Positions 1-15,146 of a DNA stretch of 64,000 bases are shown here, piece after piece. Position numbers and translations under genes: made by a program. Origin of the DNA: Chrysomallon squamiferum (taxonomy: Eukaryota; Animalia; Mollusca); the NCBI GenBank assembly GCA_012295275.1, contig CM022668.1:5084001-5148000 (forward strand), written 5' to 3'. Every line of letters begins with the position of its first letter. The stretch's first letter is position 1. The notes below the pieces were generated by a model. The model did not search any database, had not been told where the DNA came from, and was given only the letters and a program-made list of their open reading frames with translations.

Positions 1-99
1 TGTAAATAATAATAATAATAATAATATAATAATAATAATAATAATGATGATGATGATGATGATAACAAGACGAAGAAGAAGAAGAAGAAGAAAAATTTT

Positions 100-1303
100 G
101 AATTTTAGTGATGTCTGTACAATATACTCTAAGAAAGGTCCTATGAAATATCTGTATATTGATTGTATTAGTTATCTCTCTTTATTTGTTCTCTCTCTCT
201 TCCATGTCTATTCCTCTGTTTTCACCCGTATCTCTACATTTCGCTTTTCAGTCTTAGTTTCTCTACAATTCTGTGCCTTACTCACTCTGTTGGTGTCTCT
301 TTTTGGGTCTCTTCTGAAATACCAATATAAATAATTATATTCATTAATTATTTATAACCTAGTTGGATTTTCTCAGTTTTCGATATGTTTAATACTACTT
401 GCCAATTCTATAACAATAGCTTTCACTGCTTTATTTTGAATACTTAGTTTTCAGAGAAAAATAAACATTAGTCCACACGCGACCTACGTTCAGAAAGAAG
501 TCACGTGATAACCTTAGCTGGTTCGAACCCCACGCCGACCGCACCAACCCACACTCGTCACGTAGGCTTCGGCTTGTAGTTCAGAGTTAGGGGTCACCTT
601 GAGAGAGTGCACGATCAATTCTCCTCAGTACACTTTGTAACAGCGCGTGCGTTCATCTTCGTGTTGTTTTATTAATCAAATGTCTATCCACTGATCTAAG
701 ACTCATGCTGCTAGAGCAGAATTAATTTTTGTTGGCAGATGTTAAGTTTTCTGAGTATTAATATTGTGATGCTTGGGGTAAGTCATCCTGTATGTATTGC
801 AAACGATTTTTACTAAGCTCATGAAGTATATTCATCATGTACAAATGTATTTTCATGTGTAATTATACGTATGTGTATTTAATGTATGTATGTATGTATG
901 TATGTATGTTTGATGTATGTATGTAGGTAGTTAGGTTTCTATTAAATGAATTTATAAAAGAACAAAACCTACTTGTTGTAGGAGTTTCAGTAACCAAAAG
1001 AAAGTTTCAAATCTAATAAAAATTTTGAGCGTCATTTCAAAGACTAAACAGTATTTTTAATGTACATTATATATATTATTTCATCTGTTAAAGTATTTGT
1101 GTGAGGAAATGTATGTATCATGCTTCAGTTTATGTATATGTGCACCTGCATATGTGTTTCTGTATGCATGTGTGTATATAAATATATATTTATTTATATA
1201 TTTATAGATAGATAGATAGGTATTTGTGAATGTATGTAATTATGTATGTATATATATTTTCGTGTGTATGGATGTATGAGCGTGAGTATGTATATGTAAA
1301 TTA

Positions 1304-1381
<78 letters not shown>

Positions 1382-1409
1382 TAATAATTAATAATCATAT
1401 ATGAATGAA

Positions 1410-1444
<35 letters not shown>

Positions 1445-1885
1445 AAAACAGGAATACTAATCTCCTGAGTGGCTGCAAACACATCACTTGTCCTCGGTGC
1501 ACAGCGCATTAATAAAATATTTAACCACTGATCTGAGACCCATGCTGCTAGTGCAGAATTAACTGTAGTTGACAGATGCTGAGTTTTCTGCGCATTACTA
1601 TCTTAAAGTTTATATGTACGTATGAATGTAAGTATGTGTATATATCTTTGAATTTATGTGTCTACGTATGCATAATATGTATATATTTATGAATTTATAT
1701 ATGTATGCATGAATGTGTTTATGTGTGTGTATGTAATAATAATAACAATAATAATAATAATGACAGTAACAATAACGATTCTAACAATATAAATAGCAAT
1801 AATATTTTGACTCTCGAATCAACAAATCTGTCTACCACTTCAAGAGTGGTAAGTTGTGATGCTAACATTAGTCAAAAACAGTAAC

Positions 1886-1939
<54 letters not shown>

Positions 1940-3247
1940 TCTAACTATACTTCATCTAAATGTCCAAACAAGTCACGTGATAATATATGCTGGTTCGTAC
2001 TACTAACAGAGACGTTAAAAAACGTGATTATTGATCTCACCATACATCCGTCACGCAGTTATCACGTGACCTGTAACGCTGTCATAATGTGTAACCTCCA
2101 TATTTTACATGTCCAGTTGTCACTGCGCGAGTGCATGTGTACTAATGAATCTTTACTTTTTTCTTTGATTTTTTTTTTTTTTTTTTATCTATGCGTACAT
2201 TTTCCGTTTCTTCTGTCTTTTTTCCATGATGTATTCTCTTTCAGAACCTCAGATATTTATATTATTAGTATGAGAAAAGAAAAAAAGAGCATTTTTGGAG
2301 TAGTTTAGTATCTCTTATTATTTGCATATATAAATATTTTACGATATCGTAACACAGCAGTTCGAACTAAACAACCTTGACTCAACCTATGATCTGAGGG
2401 TAATTAAAAAAATATTGTTTTCGTTTCATTTGAAACGCAGGAACGAGTTTGTTATTTATTTGTTTATATATTTATTTAGTTAGTTAGTTTATTAGTTATT
2501 TTTTATATTTTTGTTTTCGTTTCATAAATTTTATTTACTGTTTCCTTTTTTTATCTCTCTGTTTCCGTCTTTCTATCTCTCTCTCTTTGTTTGCATCTTA
2601 GTATCTCTCTTTCTCTCTCTCTGAGACTGGCTCTCTATTTATCTGTCTGTATCTGTCTGTCTCTGTCTCTCTCTTTCTTATTTTTTCTTTGAATCGTTCT
2701 TCTGACAATCTAACATACTAACACTAATACCCGTGTTCCTTAATTGTTTAAATCAGATTCGATCGAATTTTAAATAGACGTCTTTCAAAATATTTATCAG
2801 TTTTATAGTAATGGATTTTGCTGTTTTATTCTAAATATTTTTTTTCTCGATTTCAGAGAAGAAAAAAAAGCAAAAGAACAACAACAATAAAAAAATGAAA
2901 ATAGAAAAATAGAAAAAATAATAAAATGGGCTAAGTGCGAACAGGTCAGTTGCCCTCAGTACACAGCGCATGTTTTTGTCAGCCTGATTTTACAGTAATC
3001 AAATATCTATCCACTGATCTGAGACCCATGCTGCTAAAGCAGAATTAACTGTAGATGACAGATGCTGAGTTTTCTGCGTATTACTATCTTAAAGTTTGTA
3101 CTGTGTGGCCGAATATATATATGTATGTATGTACTCATGAATGTGTTTGTATGTGTTTTTCTGTGCGTGTGTGTATATATATATATAGATAGATGAATGT
3201 ATGTATGTATGTATGTATGTATGTATGTATGTCTGTATGTAAGTATG

Positions 3248-3278
<31 letters not shown>

Positions 3279-4126
3279 GTATGTATGTATGTATGTGCGC
3301 ATGTAAGTCTTGTTTTTTACTTCTTCTAACTTACTGATAGTCTCAGAGTCAGTTTTAATATTATAAAAATGTGGTTTAAATATATGTACTAGACCAAGAA
3401 GATAGTATTGTCTGTACGTATATAATAACATACGAAGAAGAAGAAGAAGAAGAACAACAACAACAACAACAAGAAAAAGAAGAAGAAGAAGAAGAAGAAC
3501 AACAACAACAACAACAACAACAACAAAAAGTAGAACCGGAATGTTGACTTCAAGTGTTGTCTATAAAATACACATTAAGAAAAAGTCATATGAAATATTT
3601 GTGTATTGATTTCATTAGTTATCTCTCATAATTTTTCTCTCTCCTTGGTTCTCTGTCTTCTATGTCAGTTTTCGATAAGTTTACTACTATTTATCATTTC
3701 TATGGTATTAGCTATCACTGCTTTAGTTTGAATACTTACTTTTGAGAGAAAAACAAACATTAGTCCACCCTTGACCTGCGTTCAGAAAGAAGTCACGTGA
3801 TCACCTTCGCTGGTTCGAACCCCACGCCAACCGCACCAACCCACACTCGTCACGTAGGCTTCGGCTTGTAATTCAGAGTTAGGGGTCACCTTGAGAGAGC
3901 GCACGATCAGTTCTCCTCAGTACACTTTGTAACAGCGCGTGTGTTCATCTTCGTGTTGTTTTATTAATCAAATGTCTATCCACTGATCTAAGACCCATGC
4001 TGCTAGAGCAGAATTAATTTCTGTTGGCAGATGTTAAGTTTTCTGAGTATTAATATTGTGATGCTTGAGGTAAGTCATCCTGTATGTATCGTAAATGATT
4101 TTTATTTGTTTTTATTTTATTTTATT

Positions 4127-4177
<51 letters not shown>

Positions 4178-5532
4178 TTTTATTTTGTTTATTTATTTAT
4201 TAATTTATTTATTTATTTATTTATTTTATGTTGTTGTTTTTTTGTGGGTTTTTTTTGTATTGTTGTTACATGTATAAGTATATTTTATTATAAGTAAAAC
4301 TGTGCCTTATTATTATTATAGATGAAATTATATTTTATTACAGCTAAAAATATATTATACTTATATGTTCGGTTTGCGAAGGAACTGGTGTTTTATAAGT
4401 TCGAATCTCTTCAGTGGCATGTGATGTTTGTGAAGGATTGTTTGGACTTCGTGTTGCTGTGTCAGTGCATTGTCTGTGTGCAGTCTAATCAGTCTACACG
4501 AGACAACAGAACATTCATTACTGTCTACATAAGCACGTGAGTATGAACGCATGGAGTAATACCAGATTGCTTGAAGGTGTGTGGGTAAATATGTCGATCT
4601 TTCTAGCAAATTTCTTGGAAATGAAAATTTGAAAATAAAAGGAATTCATAATAGATCAATCTACAAATTAGCAAAAAAAAAAAGAAAAAAAAAAATACCA
4701 TTACGTCACATGAAGGTTTATTTTATTAAGGGAAAAGTGTTTTTTACTGTTAAACTGTTACTCTCTTAAAGGTAAAAGTATGTTTTATTACAGGTAAAAA
4801 TGTTAAGTTGGAACTGTCATTTCTCTGTCTTTCTCTATGTGTCTGGTGTATGTAAGTATGTATGTAAGAGGTCTCTGGTATTGAATTTGAATAAGAATAT
4901 TTACTAACTGTAGCAGCTTCAATATGAAACAGAACAAATAAATAATGAATAAATAAATAAATAATTTAATTACATTTTCCAAAGTGACTTTTAACATTGA
5001 AACTATTTTTAGTGATTACATAACTTTTGTTTAATACATTAAGAAACATGAGACATAAGCTCATGAAGTATATTCATCATGTACAAATGTATTATACGTA
5101 TGTGTATTTAATGTATGTATGTATGTATGTATGTATGTTTGATGTATGTATGTAGGTAGTTAGGTTTCTATTAAATGAATTTAAAAAAGAACAAAACCTA
5201 CTTGTTGTAGGAGCTTCAGTAACCAAAACAAAATTAAATTTCAAATCTAATAAAGATTTTGAGCATCATTTGAAACACTAATGTGCATTATTTATATTAT
5301 TTCATATGTTAAAGTATTTGTGTGAGGAAATTAATGTATCATGCTTCAGTTTATGTATATGTGTACCTGCATATGTGTTTCAGTATGCATGTGTGTATAT
5401 ATATGTGTATATATATATTTATTTATATATTTATAGATAGAAAGATAGGTATTTGTGAATGTATGTAATTATGTATATATATATAATTTCGTGTGTATGG
5501 ATGTATGAGCGTGTGTATGTATATGTAAATTA

Positions 5533-5570
<38 letters not shown>
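100..5570. repeat. Local duplication: ~100-810 matches ~3550-4095 and ~815-1320 matches ~5057-5570
   Basis: Shared sequences include aacattagtccac...gtaagtcatcctgtatgtat and aagctcatgaagtatattcatcatgtac. The second copy is interrupted by about 1 kb. Confidence 0.85.
674..4054 (+). repeat. Cluster 1 of a ~95-bp element (copies at 674-763, 1525-1600, 2997-3087, 3965-4054)
   Basis: Core ccactgatctRagacccatgctgctaRNgcagaattaa...cagatgYtRagttttctg. Confidence 0.85.
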
Positions 5571-5578
<8 letters not shown>

Positions 5579-6319
5579 GCCTATTGGTCTTTAAATCTTG
5601 ATTATAAAATATTTTAAAATTTCTGCTAATTGTTTGACTGTTGTAATGAAACTGATTATCTCCACTGAACTAATTTCTGTACGGTTTGGGATGTAAGTTA
5701 TAGGAATGTCAAAGTGTGACAATGACACTGACAATGACTTTATTCTCATAAACTGTGGATTACAGTACAGAGAAGAATGTGTTACAGACATATAATAACA
5801 AAATTAAAATGCACGTGTGGAAGTTTAACGTGGAGGACATACTCTCTCACAGATAGTTCTTATTAACAAACTTAGCCGTTTTAATATGAATATATTTTTA
5901 CTGTTAAACAAATTATCATAGGAAATTAAATTTGGATGTCTGGAATACCTTTTCTCGCATTTAATAATACAGAATCATTACCTTCAAATATATAAAGATA
6001 TTCTTCTCCAGTTTTGTTAAGATTACAGATATGACACCTTCTGTTTTTCTAATTTCAATTCATTTTTTTGTTGTTGTTGTTAAATTATAATTAATACCCT
6101 TTGGAGACGTTTCAGTTTGATTTTTCCATAATTGTTGAAATCGATAATCGAATATATTGGATATCGTTTCATGTAACCATTTGACATTATCAAAGTTATG
6201 ATATGTCATATATATGATAAACCACAATCATCTAAAATATTTTTAACAAATTTGAGATGTTGTAGATTTGACAACTGTAAATAACAAAGAAGGGTTTATA
6301 ATGAGAATAGAGCAAGAAA

Positions 6320-6512
6320 AAGTTTTCGATAAAGTTTCTAAAAGGTTTATATTTAAAGTTTTAAATGAATTTAATTTCTGAGTTTACTTTTTACATTCGT
6401 AGATTAGGGATTTATATGCGACATAAAATCTTTCATTTGTCCTCTCAGTAGAGGTGTTAGGCAGCAGTGGCTAATTTCGATGTTGCTCTGTGTAGTTTTT
6501 ATACGTATGCAG

Positions 6513-6560
<48 letters not shown>

Positions 6561-8285
6561 TTGAACGTATGTGTGTGTTTGCACCGGTTTTAGCAAATGA
6601 AAAAAAAAAAATAATAATAATAATAACCCATAGTAGATCAAAAAGTACAGCAGAAATCAACAAATTAACAAATATATTTTGTTGCAGGTAAAATTACATT
6701 TTATTACATGTAAAAGTATATTTTATTACAGGTAAAAGTATATTTTGTTTGAGATAAAATTATATTTTATTACAGGTAAAAGTATAAGCTGGAAAATGAT
6801 TTTTTCTGTTTCGTTCTGATATTTGGTCTGTCTTCACAATTGTCTGTTTTATGCTAAAATAGAAAAAATATATATTCGTTTTTAATAATATTTTAGATAC
6901 AATTAGAGAAATGAATAAATAGATAACTAAACAGACCGCTATAGAAACAGAGAAACAGACAGACAGATAGATTATATAGATAAATCAATAAACAGACAGT
7001 AGTTTATGAAGATAAAGAAAGACACGAACAAATACACAACATATACGCAACATATATATATATATAATAATAATATTAAGAGAATTTAACAATGAATTAA
7101 GACAACGAGACATATCTCCAGTAAATCTCAGATAAATGAAATACGACTGATATACCAACTCACATTGCAGCACACGAGCGGGTTCTCCTGTATATGGGGT
7201 GGTGCATTTAAGACAACCTTTGCTGCTAATCGTTGTCTTCAAATTGAGACTTTATTTGTGTCTATGTATGTTAGTTTTCACTTATATGGGTATGAAGATA
7301 ACTAGATAGTTAGGTATGTAAGTAGGTAAATATGTAAGTAGATAGGCAGGTATATATATATATATATGTATATGTATGTATGTATGTATATATGTATATA
7401 TGTATGTATGTTGACGTTTGTGTTTATGTGTCAGATGATAATTATTAAAAATTTACCCGGAATTTCTTCAATGTAAAAAAGAAACAAAATACATCAATTT
7501 TGAATTTAACTTTTGTCTTTCAATGATATTTTAGCAATACAAACAATGTTTAGTCTTTAGATTGTTCTATAAACTTAAAACTCCTACATTCAGAAACATT
7601 TTCTATGTAATTTGATGTAATAACTGATCATCTACTTACATTTGTGTAAATGTATATCTGTGTATGTATCTTTATATACACATGTGTAAGCACGTATGTA
7701 TGTGTGAATATATATATCTGTGTATGTATGTATGAATATATGTATATGTGTATGTATGTGTGAATATATGTATCTATGTATGTATGTGTGAATATATGTA
7801 TCTGTGTATGTGTGTGTGAATATATGAATGTATGTAAGTTCAGAAACAACCTATATAATTTGGTGTAATACGCTGATCTTCTATTTGCCTTTGTTATGTA
7901 TGTAACTGTGTATCTGTATAACTATTTCTAGATGCATATATGTCTGTCTGTCTATATGTATGTTTATATATGTTTCTGTACATGAACGTAGTAATATAAA
8001 TTAAATAAATAAATTAGAAATAAAATACATGAGAAGTAGGTTTAAGTTTAAAACTTAGTAATGTCTTCTATTAGAAACTATAAGAACTACTTTAGTGTTT
8101 AGCGTATAATATCTACTTATATTTTATAAAGTAAGAAGAAATGTATTAGTCATGCATCAATGAATGTTTTTAAATATGTGTATTTGTCTGTCTCTTTTTT
8201 TTCTGAATGTATGTATGTAGGTGTATGTATGAATGTATATATCTTTGTAAGTATGTATGTATGTATATATGTTTGTACGAATGTA

Positions 8286-8316
<31 letters not shown>

Positions 8317-8560
8317 CTGTGTGTGTACCTATGTATCCATGTTTGCATGTATTTATTTATATATTTAAGTATCTATGTATGTGTGTATGCACTAAATAAA
8401 TAGATTTAAGTTTGAAAGTTTATATTGTTTTTCAACGTCATTTCAAAGAATAAAAAGTACTTTAGTATTTTTCACATTATACACAAACTATAGTTTTTTT
8501 TCCACCTATACAAATACAACCGTTAAAATAAAGCTGTTTAATAACCAAGGGTAATCATCG
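6320..8560. repeat. Segmental duplicate of ~22613-24700, including the KIP microexon at 7458-7466
   Basis: Near-identical colinear sequence starting at tttcgataaagtttctaaaa in both places. Confidence 0.9.
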
Positions 8561-9988
8561 CGTTTCTTCTTTTTTTGATAAATGTACAAAAACTTACCTT
8601 TTGGAGTAGCTGTAATAAATTGAACAGTTTTATTAAAATTTTATATTTCATCACCGAAATTTCAGAGATAATGCACAGATAGATCCATAGAGATAGATGT
8701 AGACAGATAGAGAGACGGACAAAAAGATGCACAGAGACATGGATAGATAGATAGAGGTATTTATACGTGCGTGCTCTTGTGTTTAGATATCTATCTATCT
8801 ATCTTCATCTATATATGTGTGTCTGTGGGTGTGTATGTGTCTGAACTTGTATGTAAACGTATATAAATGTGTTGGTAGGTTGACAGAGAGATGGACACAG
8901 ATCTATAGTGAGATAGATAGATACATCAGAAATAGGTTTAAAAATTCAACGACATGTTAATCAATAAAAATTAGTTTCAGTAGTTAGCGTATAATGCATA
9001 CTTATATTTTATAAAGTAAGTAAAAACAAATATTAGTCGTGCATCAATGTATATTTCTAAATATGTATGAATGTATATATCTGTTTGTCTGTTTGTCTGG
9101 CTGTAGGTAGCTGTATGTTTCTAGGCATATGTATGTAAGCATATATATATATACATACGTACTCATGCAAGTATAAAAGTATATATGTATTATATTAATA
9201 GCTGAAATTCAATACTTACTTGTTGTAGGCTCTTTAGTATGAAAGAGAAATAAAATACATGAGAAGTAGGTTTAAGTTTAAAATTTAGTAATGTCTTCTA
9301 TTAGAAACTGTAAGAACTACTTTACTGTTTAGCGTATAATATCTACTTATATTTTATAAAGTAAGAAGAAATGTATTAGTCATGTATCAGTGAATGTTTT
9401 TAAATATGTGTATTTGTCTGTCTATTGTTTCTGAATTTATGTATGTAGGTGTATGTGTGAATGTTTATATCTTTGTGCGTATGTATGTCTATATATTGGT
9501 ACGTATGTATGCATGTATATATGTATCTACGTATCCATGGTTGTATGTATTTATTTATATATTTATGTATCTATGTTTGTGTGTATGCACTAAATTAATT
9601 GTTAAACTTTAATGTATACTTTTTGTAGGAGCTATAAAAAGGAAATAAACACATCAGAAATAGATTTAAGTTTGAAAGTTTATATCGTTTTATGTTTATA
9701 CGTGTATCTGTTTATACGTGAAGATGTAAATATGTGAAATGATGACACACAAAGAGTCAAGCAGATTTACAATAAAAACACACAGACGACAAATGGATGT
9801 TTGATAGGATGGATGCACAGACATGTGTGGATGGATGGATGGATGGATGGATGGATGGATGGATGGATGGCTATAAAAATGTATAAGTAAAATCATTATT
9901 GCTTCATTTTGTCGATGGACTGACAGAAAGGTGTTTGGTTGTAAAGACAGCAATACACGTACGTATATTGAAGTAATTAATAACTTAC

Positions 9989-10090
9989 CTTGGCAGCAAG
10001 AAAAATACTTAAATGAACACGTGTATTCATTCCGAACTTTGCCTTTGTCCGCGATACAGTTACTGGCCGGTCTACATGCGTACGGACACT
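9989..10090 (-). CDS. Copy of the 102-nt defensin-like exon
   Basis: Appears identical to 25937-26038; splice sites intact. Confidence 0.8.
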
Positions 10091-12137
10091 CTGAAGTATG
10101 GACGGAAAGTCAACATTAGAATAAAATTAAAACAAAGCATACAAAAATAAAAGAAAGTATGTTTTGTAGTATATGGAGAAATATGAACATATGTACAAAA
10201 AAGGAACTGACTTGATTACTAATGGGAATAAAACCAAACATCTCCACATGTCGAAATATTAAAATAATAATAATGTACATAGACAATAATAATAATGTAC
10301 ATAGACAATAATACTAATGTACATAGACAATAATACTAATGTACATAGACAATAATACTAATGTACATAGACAATAATACTAATGTACATAGGAAATAAT
10401 AATGATGTACATAGACAATAATAATAATGTACATAGACAATAATAATAATGTGCATAGACAATGCTCGATATGGATGTACGGATGGATGGATAGGTTGAG
10501 GTGAATGAATTGTTATGTTATTTTATGTCCGTGTATGTACTGACATGAAATAAATGTACAAAAACTTACTTTTTGGAGTAGCTGTAATGAATTGAACAGT
10601 TTTATTAAAATTTTATATTTCATCACTGAAATTTCAGAGATAATGCACAGATAGATCCATAGAGATAGATGTAGACAGATAGAGAGACGGACAAAAAGAT
10701 GCACAGAGACATGGATAGATAGATAGAGATATTTATACGTGCGTGCTCTTGTGTTTAGATATCTATCTATCTATCTTCATCTATATATGTGTGTCTGTGG
10801 GTGTGTATGTGTCTGAACTTGTATGTAAACGTATATAAATGTGTTGGTAGGTTGACAGAGAGATGGACACAGATCTATAGTGAGACAGATAGATACATCA
10901 GAAATAGGTTTAAAAATGCAGAGACATGTTAATCAATAAAAATTAGTTTCAGTAATTAGCGTATAATGCATACTTATATTTTATAAAGTAAGTAAAAACA
11001 AATATTGGTGTGTTGAAATATATTAGTCGTGCATCAATGTATATTTCTAAATATGTATGAATGTATATATCTGTTTGTCTGTTTGTCTGGCTGTAGGTAG
11101 CTGTATGTTTCTAGGCATATGTATGTAAGCATATATATATATACATACGTATTCATGCAAGTATAAAAGTATATATGTATTATATTAATAGCTGAAATTC
11201 AATACTTACTTGTTGTAGGTTCTTTAGTATGAAAGAGAAATAAAATACATGAGAAGTAGGTTTAAGTTTAAAATTTAGTAATGTCTTCTATTAGAAACTG
11301 TAAGAACTACTTTACTGTTTAGCGTATAATATCTACTTATATTTTATAAAGTAAGAAGAAATGTATTAGTCATGTATCAGTGAATGTTTTTAAATATGTG
11401 TTTGTGTCTGTCTGTTGTTTCTGAATTTATGTATGTAGGTGTATGTATGAATGTTTATATCTTTGTGCGTATGTATGTCTATATATTGGTACGTATGTAT
11501 GCATGTATATATGTATCTATGTATCCATGGTTGTATGTATTTATTTATATATTTATGTATCTATGTTTGTGTGTATGCACTAAATTAATTGTTAAAATTT
11601 AATGCTTACTTTTTGTAGGAGCTATAAAAAGGAAATAAACACATCAGAAATAGATTTAAGTTTGAAAGTTTATATTGTTTTTCAACGTCATTTCAAAGAA
11701 TAAAAAGTACTTTAGTATTTTTCACATTATATACAAACTATTATTTTTTATTTTCCACCTATACAAAGACAACCATTAAAATAAAAGCTGTTTAATAACC
11801 GAGGGTAATCATTGCTTTTTATTTTGTTCTTCTTTTTTCTCTTTTTTTCGCCATACATAATCACTCATTGATAGTTAGATAGAAAGAGATGAATAGGATG
11901 TTGGTCGGATGGACGTTTTGATGTATGTGTGTGGTTTTGCATATTTTTATATGTCCTTTTATGTTAAAAAATGAAAATAAATATAAAAGCTTACCTCTAG
12001 TAGCTGTGATAAATTGAAGAAATTAAAGATTAGTATTTGATGGATAAGGAGATACACATGTAGATACAGCCATATATAGATAGAGAGATACATAAATATT
12101 GATAGATACACAGATATACATAGACAGACAGACAGAC

Positions 12138-12222
<85 letters not shown>

Positions 12223-12957
12223 GAGAGAGAGAGAAAGATTAAATTGATTGATTGTATGATTTGTTATTCACTGAGAGACAGACAGACAAATATATTGCGT
12301 GCGTTTGTGTGTGTGTGTTTGTGTAAAAAAATAAATGTGCGATTTTTAATGTAAAGATCAAATTTAATAAACTTACTTGCGGCTAAACTACCTAAAACAA
12401 AACAAAATAATAAATCATTAACATGAGATGAAATGTTTTTACTGAATACAACTTTTGAAATTGTATATAGTTTTGTGTTTATACGTGTATCTGTATATAT
12501 TTATAGATAAATGTGTGTGTATGTGTGTATGAATGTATGTGTATGAATGTATTTTTTATATAAATAACTTTATTATTAAACATTGTACTTTGACAAACAT
12601 ATTCGACACATTATTAATTAGTAATTTTCAATATACAGTACACCGTATCCAATAGATAGACACTGACACAGACAAACAGACAAACAGACGGTGAGGAGAA
12701 GAAAAACGAATTGACGAATAGACAAAAAGAGAAGATGTAAATATGTGAAATGATGATACAAAAAGAGTCAAGCAGATTCTCTATGAAAACACACAGACGA
12801 CAAATGGATGGATGGATGGATGGATGGATGGATGGATGGCTATAAAAATGTATAAGTAAAATCATTATTGCTTTATTTTTTGGATGGATTAATAGAAAGA
12901 TGTTTGGTTGTAAAGACAGTAATACACGTACGTATATTGAAGTAATCAATAACTTAC

Positions 12958-13059
12958 CTTGGCAGCAAGAAAAATACTTAAATGAACACGTGTATTCATT
13001 CCGAACTTTGCCTTTGTCCGCGATACAGTTACTGGCCGGTCTACATGCGTACGGACACT
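12958..13059 (-). CDS. Copy of the 102-nt defensin-like exon
   Basis: Appears identical to 25937-26038; splice sites intact. Confidence 0.8.
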
Positions 13060-15052
13060 CTGAAGTATGGACGGAAAGTCAACATTAGAACACAATTAAA
13101 GCAAAGCATACAAAAATAAAAGAAAGTATGTTTTGTAGTATACGGAGAAATATGAACCTATGTACAAAAAAGGAACTGACTTGATTACTATTGGGAATAA
13201 AATCAAACATTTCCACATATCGAAATATTAAAACAATAATAATGTACATAGACAATAATACTAATGTACATAGACAATAATATAATGTACATAGACAATA
13301 ATAATAATGTACATAGACAATAATAATAATGTACATAGACAATGCTCGATATGGATGTATGGATGGATGGATAGGTTGAGGTGAATGAATTTTTATGTTA
13401 TTTTATGTCCGTGTATGTACTGACATGAAATAAATGTACAAAATCTTACCTTTTGGAGTAGCTGTAATAAATTGAACAATTTTATTAAACTTTTATATTT
13501 CATCACCGAAATTTCAGAGATAATATACAGACAGATCTATAGAGATAGATATAGACAGACAGAGAGACGGACAAGAAGATACACAGAGACATGGATAGAC
13601 AGATAGAGATATTTATACGTGCGTGCTCTTGTGTTTAGATATCTATCTATCTATCTATCTATCTATCTTCATCTATATATGTGTGTCTGTGTGTGTGTTT
13701 GTATGTGTCTGTACTTGTATGTAAACGTATATAAATGTGTTGGTAATGACACAGATGGACACAAATATAGAGAGAGATAGATAGATACATCAGAAATAGG
13801 TTTAAAAATGCAACGACATGTTAATCAATTAAAATTAGTTTCAGTAATTAGCGTATAATGCATACTTATATTTTGTAAAGTAAGTAAAAACAAATATTGG
13901 TGTGTTGAAATATATTAGTCGTGCATCAATAAATATTTCTGAATATGTATGAACGAATATCTCTGTCTGTTTGTCTGTTTGTCTGGCTGTAGGCAGCTGT
14001 ATGTTTCTAGGAATATGTATGTAAGCATATATATATATATATATACATACGTATTCATGCAAGTCAAAAAGTATATATGTATTATATTAATTGCTGAAAT
14101 TCAATACTTACTTGTTGTAGGCTCTTTAATATGAAAGAGAAATAAAATACATGAGAAGTAGGTTTAAGTTTAAAATTTAGTAATTTTTTTTATTTGAAAC
14201 TGTAAGAACTACTTTAGTGTTTAGCGTAGAATATCTACTTATATTTTATAAAGTAAGAAGAAAATACGTTTGATGAAATGTATTAGTCATGCATCAGTGA
14301 ATGTTTTCAAATATGTGTATGTGTCTGTCTGTTGTTTCTGAATTTATGTATGTAGGTGTATGTATGAATATATATATCTTTGTAAATATGGATATATATA
14401 TATATATGAATGTATGTAAGAATGTATATATGTATCTATGTATTCATCGTTGTATGTATTTATTTATATATTTTTGTATCTTTGTATGTGTGTATGCACT
14501 AAATTAATTGTTAAAATTTAATGCTTACTTTTTGTGGGAGCTTTAATATGAAAAAGAAATAAACACATAAGAAATAGATTTAAGTTTGAAAGTTTATATT
14601 GTTTTTCAACGTCATTTCAAAGAATAAAAAGTACTTTAGTATTTTTCACATTATATACAAACTATTATTTTTATATTTTCCGCCGATACAAAGACAACAA
14701 TTAAAATAAAGCTATTTAATAACCAAGAGTAATCATCGCTTCTTTTTCTATTTTTCTTCTTTTTTTTTCTTTTTCCACAGACATAAACACCGGTAGATAT
14801 AAAGATAGAGAAACAGATGAATAGGATGTTGGATGGATGGATGGATTGATGTATGTGTGTGGTTTTGCATATTTTTATTTGTCCTTTTATGTACAAAAAT
14901 GAAATATAAATGTAAAAGCTTACCTCTAGTAGCTGTGATAAATTGAAGAAATTAAAGATTAGTATTTCATGGATAAGGAGATAGACAGGTAGATACAGCC
15001 AGACAGAGATAGAGAGATATATAAATATTGATAGATGTACAGATATACAGAC

Positions 15053-15146
<94 letters not shown>

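Noticed and set aside
498-547. tRNA gene (GGTTCGAACCC...CCA)
   Set aside because: Only a B-box-like motif; no acceptor, D or anticodon stems could be folded.
674-763. Hammerhead ribozyme or U2 snRNA identity for the 95-bp element
   Set aside because: It has CTGATCT rather than the CUGANGA core, and only a loose ~18-nt resemblance to U2 without the rest of the snRNA.
6685-6785. Repeated ttacag|gtaaaa as recursive splice sites (also 22988-23065)
   Set aside because: They are on the plus strand while the host gene is on the minus strand; a simple ~22-bp tandem repeat explains them.
10261-10462. 22-bp and other short tandem repeats as possible CRISPR arrays
   Set aside because: Head-to-tail repeats without unique spacers, no cas genes, eukaryotic intronic context.
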